Part shown: one piece after another, positions 1-12,032 of the stretch
Numbering within the stretch: the stretch's first letter is position 1
Layout: each line of letters opens with the position of its first letter
Translations under genes and position numbers: made by a program
Assembly: GCA_964188305.1 (NCBI GenBank)
Contig: OZ076889.1
Strand: one strand, 5' to 3'
Origin: Podarcis bocagei
Lineage: Eukaryota
Length of the DNA: 64,000 nucleotides
The notes under the pieces: generated by a model
Databases searched by the model: none
The model's input: the letters and a program-made list of their open reading frames with translations, nothing else
Told to the model about the DNA's origin: nothing

Positions 1-1180
1 ATACACACCCTTTGAGATATATACTTCAAGTCATATGCTGGTATTTATCCAGTTTTTCATTTATATTTTACAATCAGCCGTCCTATAGAAGTTACACACT
101 TTGAAAGGTATGACTTTTGTGCTTCCTAAGACTCTAGAAGAGTAGATAATAACAATATAATATAATATAATATAATCCAAAATGTTTATGGTGCTAGATG
201 CCAGAGCATCTGTCCTCTTCACAATAATTAAAACTGACTTATCCATAAACAATAAATAACAGGCTACCCACTCAGGCAGCCAGAAACTCACTGCCACATA
301 AGCTCACTAGCTGCACCCATCTGCCAAATAAAATCCTCCTTGCTGCCTTCTATTGTCAAAAAGGCCTGACTAAATAAGCATGCCCACGACTGATACGGTC
401 TGATTCTTTTCCGTAGGTCATTCTTCAGAAGGGAACCTTGGCCAGCTCTTCCTTTTCTGAGGGTAGCCGTAAGTCCCTCTGCTTGACACCCATTCTGTGT
501 GTCCCAAAGAGCAACAAAAACTCCATTCTGTTTTATTAGGATAAACCAACAAGTACCTCTTTTTTCCTTATGTAATTTAATTAAGTTATTTAATTAAGTT
601 ATTTATTACCAACTTTTTGGAACACAGGAGTGTAGGGGGGTGGGAGCTACCTCTTGAACCCTAGGGAAGAAGTGACTTAATGACTAGAAAATAAAAGAGA
701 ATTTGCTTGGGAAAACTGTGGAATTAAAGTTCCAGATGAAACATGCACCAGTGATGCATAACATTTTTGTTAATTGGGTCTTAACAGGTTTCCGACTCAC
801 GCTGCAATCATTTTAGAAATGGGTCACACTAGGCAGCGCCGGCAGGGTATCCCTGCAGCTTATAGAACATTTGCCTTGCAGTAAAACGGCATCTAAATTT
901 GGGCTCATCTGATTGCGTAGTGAATATGCCTGACTTCAGGGGAGCTACACCAATTTGTACCCATTTGATGAGCTTGTTGCCTCTTTACAGCTGGAAAACC
1001 CAATCCGCAGCGTACTTGGCCTTACAAGCCCCATTAGTGTGTGTAGAGTTGGCATCTGTACAGAGCTGCTGCTTAAAAAAAAGAGAATGTCTTAAGAACC
1101 TGTCTGCATACATTTAGATAATAAGAATGGTTTGGATAATAAGACTTGATGAATGAGAGACCTGGGTCCATGACCTCATA

Positions 1181-1213
1181 TACATACATACATACATACA
1201 TACATACATACAT
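1181..1213. repeat. (TACA)n microsatellite
   Basis: About 8 perfect units. Confidence 0.95.
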
Positions 1214-4200
1214 TTGCCCCTTCTGCAATCATTACAGGGTCCATGCTGCTAAGGGGAGAATGTGTGATGCCAATTTCATGTATCAAAGTGAATTCAGATA
1301 TTCAAGTGGGCATCATCTCAGAATACATGTGGAGGATCAGTTTGCCCAGATAATGATTTCAATCTGTGATTACAAGTATATTAGAGACAACTGTCTTTCC
1401 ATGTGCAGGGAAGCATTAGTTTGAAGGCTTTATAGAAAACCCACCACAACACCTCTTAGGCAGTCAGAGATAGTAGAGTTCCACAGAGGACCATAGCACT
1501 TGCTTGCTCAAACAGTTGAATCGGCTGACTTGCTACAGCCAGTATGAAAATGTGCAAGACATGCCAATCCCACAGTAGGCATCTTATTTTATTATCCCAA
1601 TCTTTCCCCACTGTGTGCTCTGAGTTTCTGGGGTAAACTCCAAATTTATACTCACAGGAGTTCAGAAGTTTCTGGCTTTTGCAATCCCTGCCTCTTTCTT
1701 ACATTATTTAAAATGTTTAAAATGTTGTATTAGTTACAACGGTTGATAAAAGTTTGTATGGTTAAGATGCCAATTCCACATCTCTTATTATTTGAGTGAA
1801 TGAAGGGCTCTGGTTCTATTACAAGCTTATGTTTGTCCCTGTTTACATATGCATCCTATATACCAGCCTATACTCTGCCATAGGAATGACTGAGTAGCCA
1901 TTTTTATCTATTAGACTTCGTTCTCCCCAAATGATGTGCCTGGGCTACATTGCTTAAGATTTCAGAGATGGAGTTTGTGTCATAAGATTTACTGCCCTTC
2001 TGTACACAAAAAAATCTGACGCTATGATTCTATGATTCTATTTTTCTATGTGCAGGGATTTTTTTTGGTAGATGCAAGAAAGTAAGCCCCATTACACACG
2101 TTTATCTTTTCAGTTAACACCACACTCACTCAAATCCTGTTGATTTCACTTGAGTGGCATTGCTTCAGTACCCAGTAAATTGTCCACTGTTGAGAAGAAG
2201 CATTTGGGAGAGAAACTTAAAAGAAACAACACTTGCCCTCATGGTGCTGTCTGTAGAGTGGTGGCAGCATCTCTGTATACCACCATTAAATCAGCTGTGG
2301 GGAGTTTTGTGATAGTCTAGCATTAGAATCAACTTGTCTGCTAGTGGGGCAACATTGTCATTTGGTAGCCAAAGCTAGTAAGGAATGCAGCTCACATGTA
2401 CTAGGGTGATGGAATTGACCTGTCACCAAAAGGACTTGTAGAGGGTATTACAAGATTTCCTTTAAGGTTAGTGGGAGATGCTAGAGAGAACCAAGCTGGG
2501 CAAACTAGTAGCATGGAGGAGCCGTTTAGTTGGAAAAGCAGGAAAAGGACTCCTAAAATTTTAATTTAATGAAAGATATGAAAGCATTACAAGGACTAGA
2601 AAATATTCTCTGTGTTACTAGAGTGTAAGGCAGGGTTTTTGATGGGGCCCAGAGTGATTTGGGATGAAGCCTGGGGCCCCAGGAGATAATTGTGGCAAGA
2701 CAGCCACCCTAAGCACAAAATTAGAAATTAAACATCACCTCTCTATTCTGGTCCTATTTTCATTTCCGTGGTAATGTTTGGAAGTTAAATTAAGTTGTCA
2801 TCTATTTTAGCCCAAGTTACAGTGTCCAACTGTTTTGATTCATTTAAGCAGTAACAATTCATATGAGTCAGAACCAAGTAGGATAGGGTAACATTGTCTA
2901 GTCCCAGTGTGTGGGGAAACAGTAAAACCTTTCTGTTTAACCCAATGGCCAAACTATCCAGTCAAACACTTGCATTGATGCAGAGGCATCTTGAAAATCT
3001 CTTTATCACCTTTTTAAAAGAAAGAGTGGCTCAAAAGATGGAGGTGTCATTCTCTTACTTTTGTCTGTTTGAGCCGGTCAGGCTGAAGACAAAGTCCTAT
3101 AATAAATTAGATCTTAATCCTTCCCCCTAAAGTAAGATTAGAGCATTAATTGGTATATTAAAAATTCACCCAACTGTGGTAATTCCTCTGTTTTAAAAGC
3201 GAAGCAGCCTGTGTTTCACTAAATCCTACCCTTTTTCTTTCTCTCCAGAAGTATCTTCACTAAGCAAAATTATTCTAATGCTCCTAAAGTTACCATGATG
3301 TTATCTTGCTAATTAGTGCTGTGGAAAAAAAGATCAATTAATGTTATAATTAAAAACAGTGTGTTTAGAACGGTTGTTTGTGGTGAATGAATGTGACAAC
3401 TACTTTGTTCACTGATGATCTGTGGTGTTTCTCAAATAATCTATGCAGGCCTTTGCTGTTATTTACATAAAGGTCCTCAAGAGGCACCTTCATTTTCTGT
3501 CAAAGTGACATAATGTACATGTGCATGTATGTGTGCACACAAGGAAACAACTGTAGAAAATGTTTGTCTCAGTTGCTTGGAATTATGCTTAATTCAGTCA
3601 ACAGTTGCTCAGCATTGTGTTATGGTGCACTGTGATGAGAGGCAATGTATTCAGATCAGTTTTGAGGGTGAGACTTTCCAAAAAAATCAAGTAGATATTG
3701 GACAATTCATACCCCTATTAAACCCCAGAAAGAAATGGAATTGCCCACACCTATGTCCTATTTGGCACAAATGAACTGAGATGCCTTAGGAAGGGGACAC
3801 CTAAGGCAGATGGAGAACCCAGTTAGGCACTTGTTGCACATATGAGTAAGTTAGAACTAGTAAGAGCCCAGTGTTGTGGCCCTAGAACCCGTGTTTCTAT
3901 TAATGGGGGAAGAGGTTGGAAGGCTCTTTATGAACTCAACAAACCTCACTGATCACTCCCTCTAGTTTTAGCCAAATAATGAGCCCTGTAAACTTTTAAA
4001 AACAGTGGCCGAGAGGGCCAAAATAAAAGGTAAGGGAAGTGCCCAGGATGTTTGGTATTTCTGACACTTTCCATTCTTTCTCTGTGTATCTCTCTTGAAC
4101 TGACTGGCAGTCATCACATGCAAGGCTGGAACAGCTAGCCAGTGGGTTGTACTGCCATTTTGAAGAACATGGCTGCCTTATATAGCAGTGGCCGAGTCTG

Positions 4201-4377
4201 CTTCTTAAGACACCTCCGCAGTGCTAATAGGTATAGCCAATGGATAAAGAGAAAGATAATGGGGAGCAAGGTTAAATTTGAGTAACTAAGTCCTGCATAT
4301 TTTTCACAGCTGAACCCTGCACTGGGAACAAATTTTTATTTTGTACTAAGTGTGATTAAGCAGTATGCTAACTGTAT

Positions 4378-4414
4378 AAACAAACAAACAAACAAACAAA
4401 CAAACAAACAAACA
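4378..4414. repeat. (AAAC)n microsatellite
   Basis: About 9 perfect units. Confidence 0.95.
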
Positions 4415-4657
4415 GGAGCTTCCCTGCAGATACTGCTGAGGAACCAAGTGATGCACGGTGTCCTTAATTAGTAAACATGTTGTTTTTGCTCAGTTGCTGA
4501 GTGCATGTTTGAAACAGTGTAATAGATCACCATTCACTGTTAAAAACTGCAAAGGAGAGCTACACATTTGCAGGAGTTGGAAAAGAACATCATAATGTCT
4601 GGGTCAACTTATTTTAAAGCATTTGACACTTTTAAGTGGAACATACCCTTGCCTGAG

Positions 4658-5022
4658 GGGACGCGGGTGGCGCTGTGGGTTAAAGCCTCAGCGCCTAGGG
4701 CTTGCCGATCGAAAGGTCGGCGGTTCGAATCCCCGCGGCGGGGTGCGCTCCCGCTGCTCGGTCCCAGCGCCTGCCAACCTAGCAGTTCGAAAGCACCCCC
4801 GGGTGCAAGTAGATAAATAGGTACCGCTTACCAGCGGGAAGGTAAACGGCGTTCCGTGTGCTGCGCTGGCTCGCCAGATGCAGCTTTGTCACGCTGGCCA
4901 CGTGACCCGGAAGTGTCTGCGGACAGCGCTGGCCCCCGGCCAATAGATGTGAGATGGGCGCACAAACCCCAGAGTCTGTCAAGACTGGCCCGTTCGGGCA
5001 GGGGTACCTTTACCTTTACCTT
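4658..5022 (+). mobile_element. Full-length Sauria SINE (Squam1), tRNA-derived, young copy
   Basis: Starts GGGACGCGGGTGGCGCTGTGGG. Pol III A box 4668-4679, B box GGTTCGAATCC 4722-4732, 3' (ACCTTT)n tail. Flanked by a 14-bp TSD TACCCTTGCCT(G/T)AG at 4644-4657 and 5023-5036. CpG-rich. Confidence 0.95.
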
Positions 5023-6311
5023 TACCCTTGCCTTAGCAGGCTGTATACTGCAACTGCAGCATCCCCCGAAAGGCCAGTATTTTGGCTCTAAACTGAAAGG
5101 TACTTAGTCCAGAGTTGTCCTATTAATCTCGGTGCCATTTTTTCTGAGGTAAGTTACTGCAAAATAGCAACCACTATTTTTAACTCATTTATGCTGTCAA
5201 AATTCAGACTTTTAAATGTTGTATGGCTGTCGAACCTACTCCATTTACACAAGAGTGATGTTTATTGCAGTGCAGGAGGGTAGTATGTATTTTTGAAGTT
5301 CTGCTTGGCCTTTTTCAGGGATAGAGCAAGCTGTTCTTCATATATCGTATCCTGGGAAAGCTCTGTTACAGTTAAACGTGGAACAGTATCTCCATAGGAG
5401 CTGTTGCCAAGCAGATACATGGTTTTGGAATGTTCCCAGCAAACTTCCACAGCTGATACTCTAGCGACGAGCTCGCCTTTCTTTTCCTTTTCCTCAGTTA
5501 AAACTCTTCAAATAGCCAAAGGATAGAATTTTGCATTGGCCTGCATCCCTAAATCCCCCTCAATAACCATAATTCACTGTGGGTGATCTGTATTCATTCC
5601 ACCATGATAACCACAATTAATTTTATATATATTTAAAGCTGACACAGAACTATTTGTGAGAGGTGGTTTCTGTGCAAATGTAAGGGCACAATTCTGTGAG
5701 ACGCTACATTGAAGCATTAGCTCCTAGGATACCAATTCCCTGGGGCTGACACTCGGACCTAATCTCATACCAAGAACTGCAGCAGTCGTGTTCACTGCTC
5801 CCTTGCATACCTAGCATAGTAGTGCTTTGAATCACATGGGGTATTGAGGAAGGCAATAGCTACAGGATGAAAAAGCACTTCTGGGGCTGCATTGTGGAGC
5901 TGCCATAGTACGCCATGGACCTGTAGCAGGATATTGTCAGTGGCTAATTGGACAGAGCTCCATGTCTTTTCCCTGAGTCTTACAGCTGCTGCAGCACCTG
6001 AAGGAACCCCATAGGAACAGGGTGCCACTATGTCATGGTCCATCTATGACACCTTTCCTCTGCTGCCCATCCCATGATACAGTATATTTTACCACAGCCA
6101 GAATTAACTATGGTCGGTTGCAGAAGACCTACTGTCCTTCATTTCCCCAGTTTCAGAAAGCTATGAACTTTGGCAACAAAGCAGTTCAGATTGGGAGCTT
6201 ATATCGCAGCTGGAGAATCCCCCCTTTCCTTGCTCTAGTGATCTGGGCATCGCTTCCCACTCCTCTTGAGTAGCTTCCTGTGCAATTTTCCGAGCACGGC
6301 CCTGACACTGT

Positions 6312-6464
6312 CCTTACATTGGAGGGTGAATGTTTGCAGCTGGAAGCCTGCTGTATTTGTGGAGATGCCCTGCCCAGTTAAACACTGTGCACTGGGTTCC
6401 AAAGCACACAGACAACATCCAAGAATACAGGAGGCATCCCACATTCACCCTCCAATATGTAGGG
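6312..6464. mobile_element. Old ~150-bp MITE-like inverted-repeat element
   Basis: Perfect 16-bp IR ATTGGAGGGTGAATGT (6318-6333) / ACATTCACCCTCCAAT (6441-6456), plus an inner 14/16 IR GGAAGCCTGCTGTATT / AATACAGGAGGCATCC. Confidence 0.6.
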
Positions 6465-7704
6465 TGTAGCTGGGTTGGGCTGAAGGACGGAATTGAGGAA
6501 CCTGGACTAACAAATGTATTTTCACCCTCCTTCACAGGATCCTAATGGTGTGGGAGAATGCAAGTCCAATTAGGACTAGATGAGATATCTAGATTGGTTC
6601 AAGTTGAAGCAATACTATGCTTTAAAGCAGAATATGCTTACCTAATCAATTGCACTTTATTTTGACTTTCTGATTGGTGCCTATCCAGAAGAGATAAGAA
6701 AAATCAGATCACTACGTGTAGAAAAACAGTGAATTCTATAAAAGGTTTATAAGAACTCTAGACTATAGCAAAAAGTATGGATGCAAGGCTTCCCTACACA
6801 ATAGAGGGGCTTTTGTCTCAGTTCACTCTTGGCAAGGAGTTCTAAATGCTGTTGTTAATTTCCTATCTTTCACTGTACACAGAGCTAAAACAAGGGAGCA
6901 GTTTATTATTATTATTATTTTGTTTAAGCTGTGTTTTTATTTATTTATATATACGTATATTTTCCAAGCCCAGTTCCTAACAGGATATCCTTGTTTATGC
7001 CTCAAGTTCCGGGTCTTTTTTTCTTTAAGAAAGCTAACCTTAAAAAGCCTTACTCACAATACCTTCTTTTATTTTTAAAACCCAGTTTCTATTCATAAAC
7101 ACATGTGGATGTTCTCACTAGTTTTCTTGTTTTAGAGATACCGGTAGTGGCATTGGCATTTGCCTTAGATCGACTTTGTGACATGCACACTGCCATAGAG
7201 CATGGGGGGGGGGAGATCGAATTTAGTTGTCACAAGATTTACACAGGAAAAGGCAAAAGGAAAACTTTGAAACTATAAGAGACCCAGTTTTTCCCTGTTG
7301 AACATTTTTGGATCTGTACAAGATTTAGATGGCTGGCCAGGATTAGATAGTGCTTCCAGTCCTTCAATGAGATTTGATATGTAAAGAGTGCTGGATTATT
7401 ACAGTACATAGCTGTACTGATTTTTATTTCCATTGCCTAATAATGCACATGGAACTGATTCAGTCTTTACAATTCAGTGCAGTATTTATTGTACTGGATG
7501 CAAGTAGGAAGGTGTCTGCATGTTCACAGAAACTCTAATGTGGTTCCAGCATAGATGTGACAATCATAGGGCAGTGTTGTGCAACTTGTTATTTCTTGTT
7601 TTATGTTGATGGTTTTGTTGACTGATTGCTGTCATTCTTGTAGTTGAACTGATGGTGGAAAGGCAAGGTAAAAATATAAAAGGTAAATAAAATTAAGACT
7701 TATT

Positions 7705-7812
7705 CAGCCTGGATAGCTCAGTTGGTGAGAGCCTGGTTCGATCCCTGCTTATCCCTGCATTGCAGGAGGTTGGACTAGATGATCATTGGGGTCCCTTCCA
7801 ACTCTGTGATTC
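7705..7812 (+). mobile_element. Short tRNA-head/CR1-tail SINE
   Basis: A-box-like TAGCTCAGTTGG and B-box-like GGTTCGATCCC, followed by the CR1 3' end GGTTGGACTAGATGATC...GGTCCCTTCCAACTCTGTGATTC. Confidence 0.75.
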
Positions 7813-8711
7813 AGGTGAGCCGCTTTCCCGTTGGTCTGGGAACTTTTACAAAACGTTGTTTTAAACAAGAAAGGATAGGGGGAAATTAACTGTGACCTTT
7901 TGCATAGGTCTATTCATATTCTGTCTGTAAAAGCTGGTTGTTCAACATTCACTGTGTTCTGTTTTTCTCCCCTTGTTTATAATACCTGTTTCATTGCCTT
8001 CTGTAAAGGGTGTACCTTAAGGCAGCAAGCAAGCTTATGGAATTTTAGTTAGTTGGTGGTGTGCTGATCCTGGCTCATCAGTTTTTGACACTAAGCTGCA
8101 GCTATTTAGTTGGTAGTGTCCAGACTATGGATTCCCCTCCCAGGGAGATTCATATGGCCACACATTACAGGTCTTCTGTTGAGCTATAAAGGGTTTTGCT
8201 ATTTTTCTGTACCTTTGTTTTGAATGACTTTTTATGCTTCTGTCTCTTTTACCATTTAACTTTTATTGTGGAACTATTTACTGGGTTGTTTTGAGGCATC
8301 TTTTTTTAATTCTATAATCATGTTGCTTTATTGTTCTTATATTTACCCATTTTATTATTTTAAGTCACTTTGAAGGCCTTAGATGGAAATACATCCTGTA
8401 AAAGTACATACATACATACATACAATTACTTCTAATTTAAGTACATTGTCTAATCAGCCATTTCTTTCATACATAGACATTCTGTTTTTGGACACATATG
8501 TGAATATATCAAGTTTTGTTCTTTGCTACAGTTTGTAGTTAACTGTGAGCTTTGGTTCAGATGACATACTAAGCCAAACCTTGTCTTAGCTCAGCATGGC
8601 ATAGGAATAAAAACCTGCATGTTCACGTCCCAGTAAGCAGTAGTTTGGTTTACTGTGTTGTGTAATTGTGGTCTATAGCTTAGTGAGCTGGAGTTGACTA
8701 TCTAGTTTGAG

Positions 8712-8818
8712 CAAGGGTGCAGAGATCTAGGCAGCCAATAAATATTGGTGCCTGAAAAAAAAATGATGATGAGTTGCTGCCTAGGTCAGGAATTAGGCTC
8801 CTAAGCTTTGCACCCTTG
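8712..8818. mobile_element. hAT-like MITE remnant
   Basis: TIR CAAGGGTGCA / TGCACCCTTG, internal IR CTAGGCAGC / GCTGCCTAG, degenerate 8-bp TSD AGTTTGAG / AATATGAG (6/8). Confidence 0.6.
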
Positions 8819-10105
8819 AATATGAGATTATGACTGTAGTTATACCAGAAAAGAAGGTCTCACTGGAACCAACTGATATGATAAACCACCTAAAAGTTCC
8901 ATTCAAGTAGACACATTTTCACAATGTAATGGAGTAACCTTGCCATCTTGACCACTCAGCCCCAACTTCTGGAATTTAAGAATGTGCTCAAATGGTTTCC
9001 TGTGCTGGGTTAGACTGTAAGTGACAGATATGTTGGTGCTACTACTCCTAGCTTTTATCTGAGTTCTTGTTTCCCCTCTATTTTAAAAGGACTCTTCAAA
9101 CATTGCAAATGAATGATTTTTTTTAAAAATGCACATCTTTGATATACTGTTATACTGCTATGTGCTTGATATAGTGTTATGCTATATTAGTTTAGTAGCG
9201 GTATAGTCCCGATAACTGCAAAGCCCCCAGTCATTGTTTTGCTTATGTGTAAATAATGTGTTAAAAAGATATGGAAATATAACACTAGGATTTTTCATTT
9301 CTGTAACTTATCTGCCTGGATATCTCTTGTATGCAACTTATGCTTGCAAGTGAAACACTAGATAATAATTAAGGATAACTGAGTGTTCTGCACTTGAAAG
9401 AGGTCTTTCGTTTCGAATGTTACTTCAGGTTTTCATTAATCCTCAATCACCTTTCCAAAACTGCATGGGGAAAAAAGTCGAAAGGGCACTGTAAAATGGT
9501 GTGAATACCACCTGCTTGACATTAAATCAGACCAGGAATGTGATATTCACAGTAATCCATTTTTATTTAGATTTTTAAACCCCTTCAGATTAACAAGTCA
9601 ATGATAAGTGCAGGCTGTGAAACTGATTACCACTTGCATACTTCCAGATACAAGATATATCAATTGGTTCTGTGTGCATTGATTATCTTGGTCTGAAGGA
9701 ACAGAGCACCCCATAATACCCTTTTGAGTTCTAAAAAAGTAACCAGACAGGGAGGAACTGGTTTGGTCATTTATTTACCAAAAAGAAAATCTGTATGCCA
9801 AAATGAAACATTTCAGCAAACAAAAATTTATCACACATCAGTCAGGATCACATTTCTGTCCCCCTTTCCCAGATAGCTGAGGCTAAGTTAATTTGAACAT
9901 GTTGGACTTCTGCTTGACTTGCCATTCTTTCTCTCTCTGATTAGCCTTAAACCCTCAGAGTTCCATGACCTTAATAAAGCTATTTTTCTTGACAAGTTAA
10001 AAACTGCCTTAACAAGCAAAGCTCATCTGGCTGAAACTGAAGCCAAGTTAAGTTGGTGTTTTAGATCCTCATTAAAGTCCACAGCATGAAGCACAAGGTG
10101 TGTTT

Positions 10106-10159
10106 TGTGTGTGTGTGTGTGTGTGTGTGTGCGCGTGTGTGTGCGTGCACACACACACG
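10106..10159. repeat. (TG)n/(CG)/(CA)n alternating purine-pyrimidine tract
   Basis: TG run switching to a CA run. Confidence 0.95.
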
Positions 10160-11659
10160 GACGTGTGAGACAAACTGTGCACTATGAAACATATTGGCTT
10201 TACATTTAATTAGACAAATTATATGCAACCCAGTAAATACCCTGGGAATGTAATCAACATTAGGGTTAATAAGGAGTGTTTGGAGGGCGAAAACCCTAAA
10301 TTTTTCACCAAGAAGAAAATTAACACTAAGAGCCAAAAAGGAAAAGCTAACATGAATCTCAGTATTGATTGGGATAGTAATCATATGGTATTCTTACAGA
10401 AGTTGAGGGTGTGTGGGTGTGGAATTACTATGACCTTCCTCAACTCTGTTTGAGGTTTGCCTATACTCAGTGCAAATAGATTGCTCTGAAGTATGTTGTT
10501 AAGGAAAGTTGTAGTTGCTGAGTTTTTATTCTCTGTTCAGTCCTTGCCCTCAGTTGATGCTGACTCATGGAGAGTCAGTGAAATTCTGGCTGCTTTGGAC
10601 AAGCAAATGGGAGAATGAAAGCAATGAAGGAAAGCCCCTCCGAGTAAATGCTACGACTGGTTTGGCAATATGCTGGGAAATGCAGACAAAATGTGGTCAT
10701 GCAGCCTTCCATTTGGAAGATGTCCCTCAGATTCATTAGCATTGTGTCTGTTACTAGCCTTATCAGCTAAACAGCCAACAGACATAATCTGTGGCTTATA
10801 TTTTTTCTAATGTTTTTTTTCCTCCAAGGGGCTGCTGACGGGACATAATCCACTGTTTTTTATTGCATTGCCTCTGGATGTGTTGTAGCGCAAACAAATA
10901 GATAATTCAGGGGCTCCAAACTTCTTTCCTTTAGGGCTAGAGTGGTGGGGTCTTGGCTACCTTCTCACAAACTCCAGGGCTATTTAAAGTAAACAAATGA
11001 TTTGTTCATGTTGGAAGCATCTTATTGCCCAGCCAGAGATACAGCGACAGAGTAAAATTTGATTTCAGGTCATGATGAATACCCTTGATAAGGAGTAAAT
11101 CAGTACATTATAATTAACTGTATTTCACTGCAGGGCTGTGTTTGCTTTGTGGCTTTTACTAATTTCAAGAATAGGGGTGTCTGTGTGTGTGTTTAGTGTT
11201 AGCCTACTAAACATACCAGATTCCATATGTCCAGAGTAGAATTGCAAATGTTTTCCTCCTGTCAAGAGTTTCTGTACTTTTAACAGCTGTATGCCAAATT
11301 CAGTAGATCAGGGTATGGTTTGAGAAGCACTTAATCTGACCACTTTATATTTTGCCAGCACAGCCAAATAGGATCCTAATGTACAGATTTCATGAAAACA
11401 AGGAATATTTGTGGATAGGTTTTCAAGAGTCTTTAAAAGCTGAGTACTGTGTCACTCAGGACTATGCCATATGCAACTATTCCATTTCCATTCTGGAAAA
11501 CTACATGTAGTCTCATTCTGCATGACACGTACAGCGCAGCCTAGAGTAGTTCATATATACCAGGTTTTCATGTGCAAGTAAACGCTTTGTCATTGGTGAT
11601 AGATATGGTCTAAATGTGGTTTTTCTACATGGAAGTGTTATCCATGTAGAAAATCAATT

Positions 11660-11775
11660 GGTAGTGTTCAGCTAAGTTTTACATGGAGTAGACTTAATGA
11701 AAATAATGAACATGACTAAGTTGGGTCCATTAATTTCAGTAGGTCTACTTTGTGGAAAACTTAATTGAATACCAC
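11660..11775. mobile_element. Degenerate palindromic non-autonomous repeat (CCATTGAAATCAATGG-core type, common in squamates)
   Basis: Arms GTGTTCAGCTAAGTTTTACATGGAGTAGAC... and ...GTCTACTTTGTGGAAAACTTAATTGAATAC are reverse complementary with mismatches. Confidence 0.6.
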
Positions 11776-11812
11776 TTACCATATGTGGAACGGCTCCAAT
11801 ATTATTCTGTTA

Positions 11813-12032
11813 CAGTGGTACCTCGGGTTAAGAACTTAATTCGTTCTGGAGGTCCGTTCTTAACCTGAAACTGTTCTTAACCTGAGGTACCACTTTAACT
11901 AATGGGGCCTCCTGCTGTGCCGCCTCCGTGCAATTTCTGTTCTCATCCTGAAGCAAAGTTCTTAACCCGAGATACTAATTCTGGGTTAGCACAGTCTGTA
12001 ACCTGAAGCGTCTGTAACCCAAGGTACCACTG
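11813..12032 (+). mobile_element. Tc1/mariner (Tigger/pogo-like) MITE, copy 1
   Basis: TIR CAGTGGTACCTCGGGTTA / TAACCCAAGGTACCACTG. TA on the left flank, TC on the right. Internal TAACCTGAAG repeats. Near-identical to 33576-33801. Confidence 0.92.

Noticed and set aside
4668-4732. tRNA gene calls at the A/B-box sequences (also 7710, 33120, 63886)
   Set aside because: These are SINE heads with no complete cloverleaf.
5262-5500. Protein-like minus-strand ORF (…LTVTELSQDTIYEEQLALSLKKAK…)
   Set aside because: No recognisable homology and no convincing splice sites.
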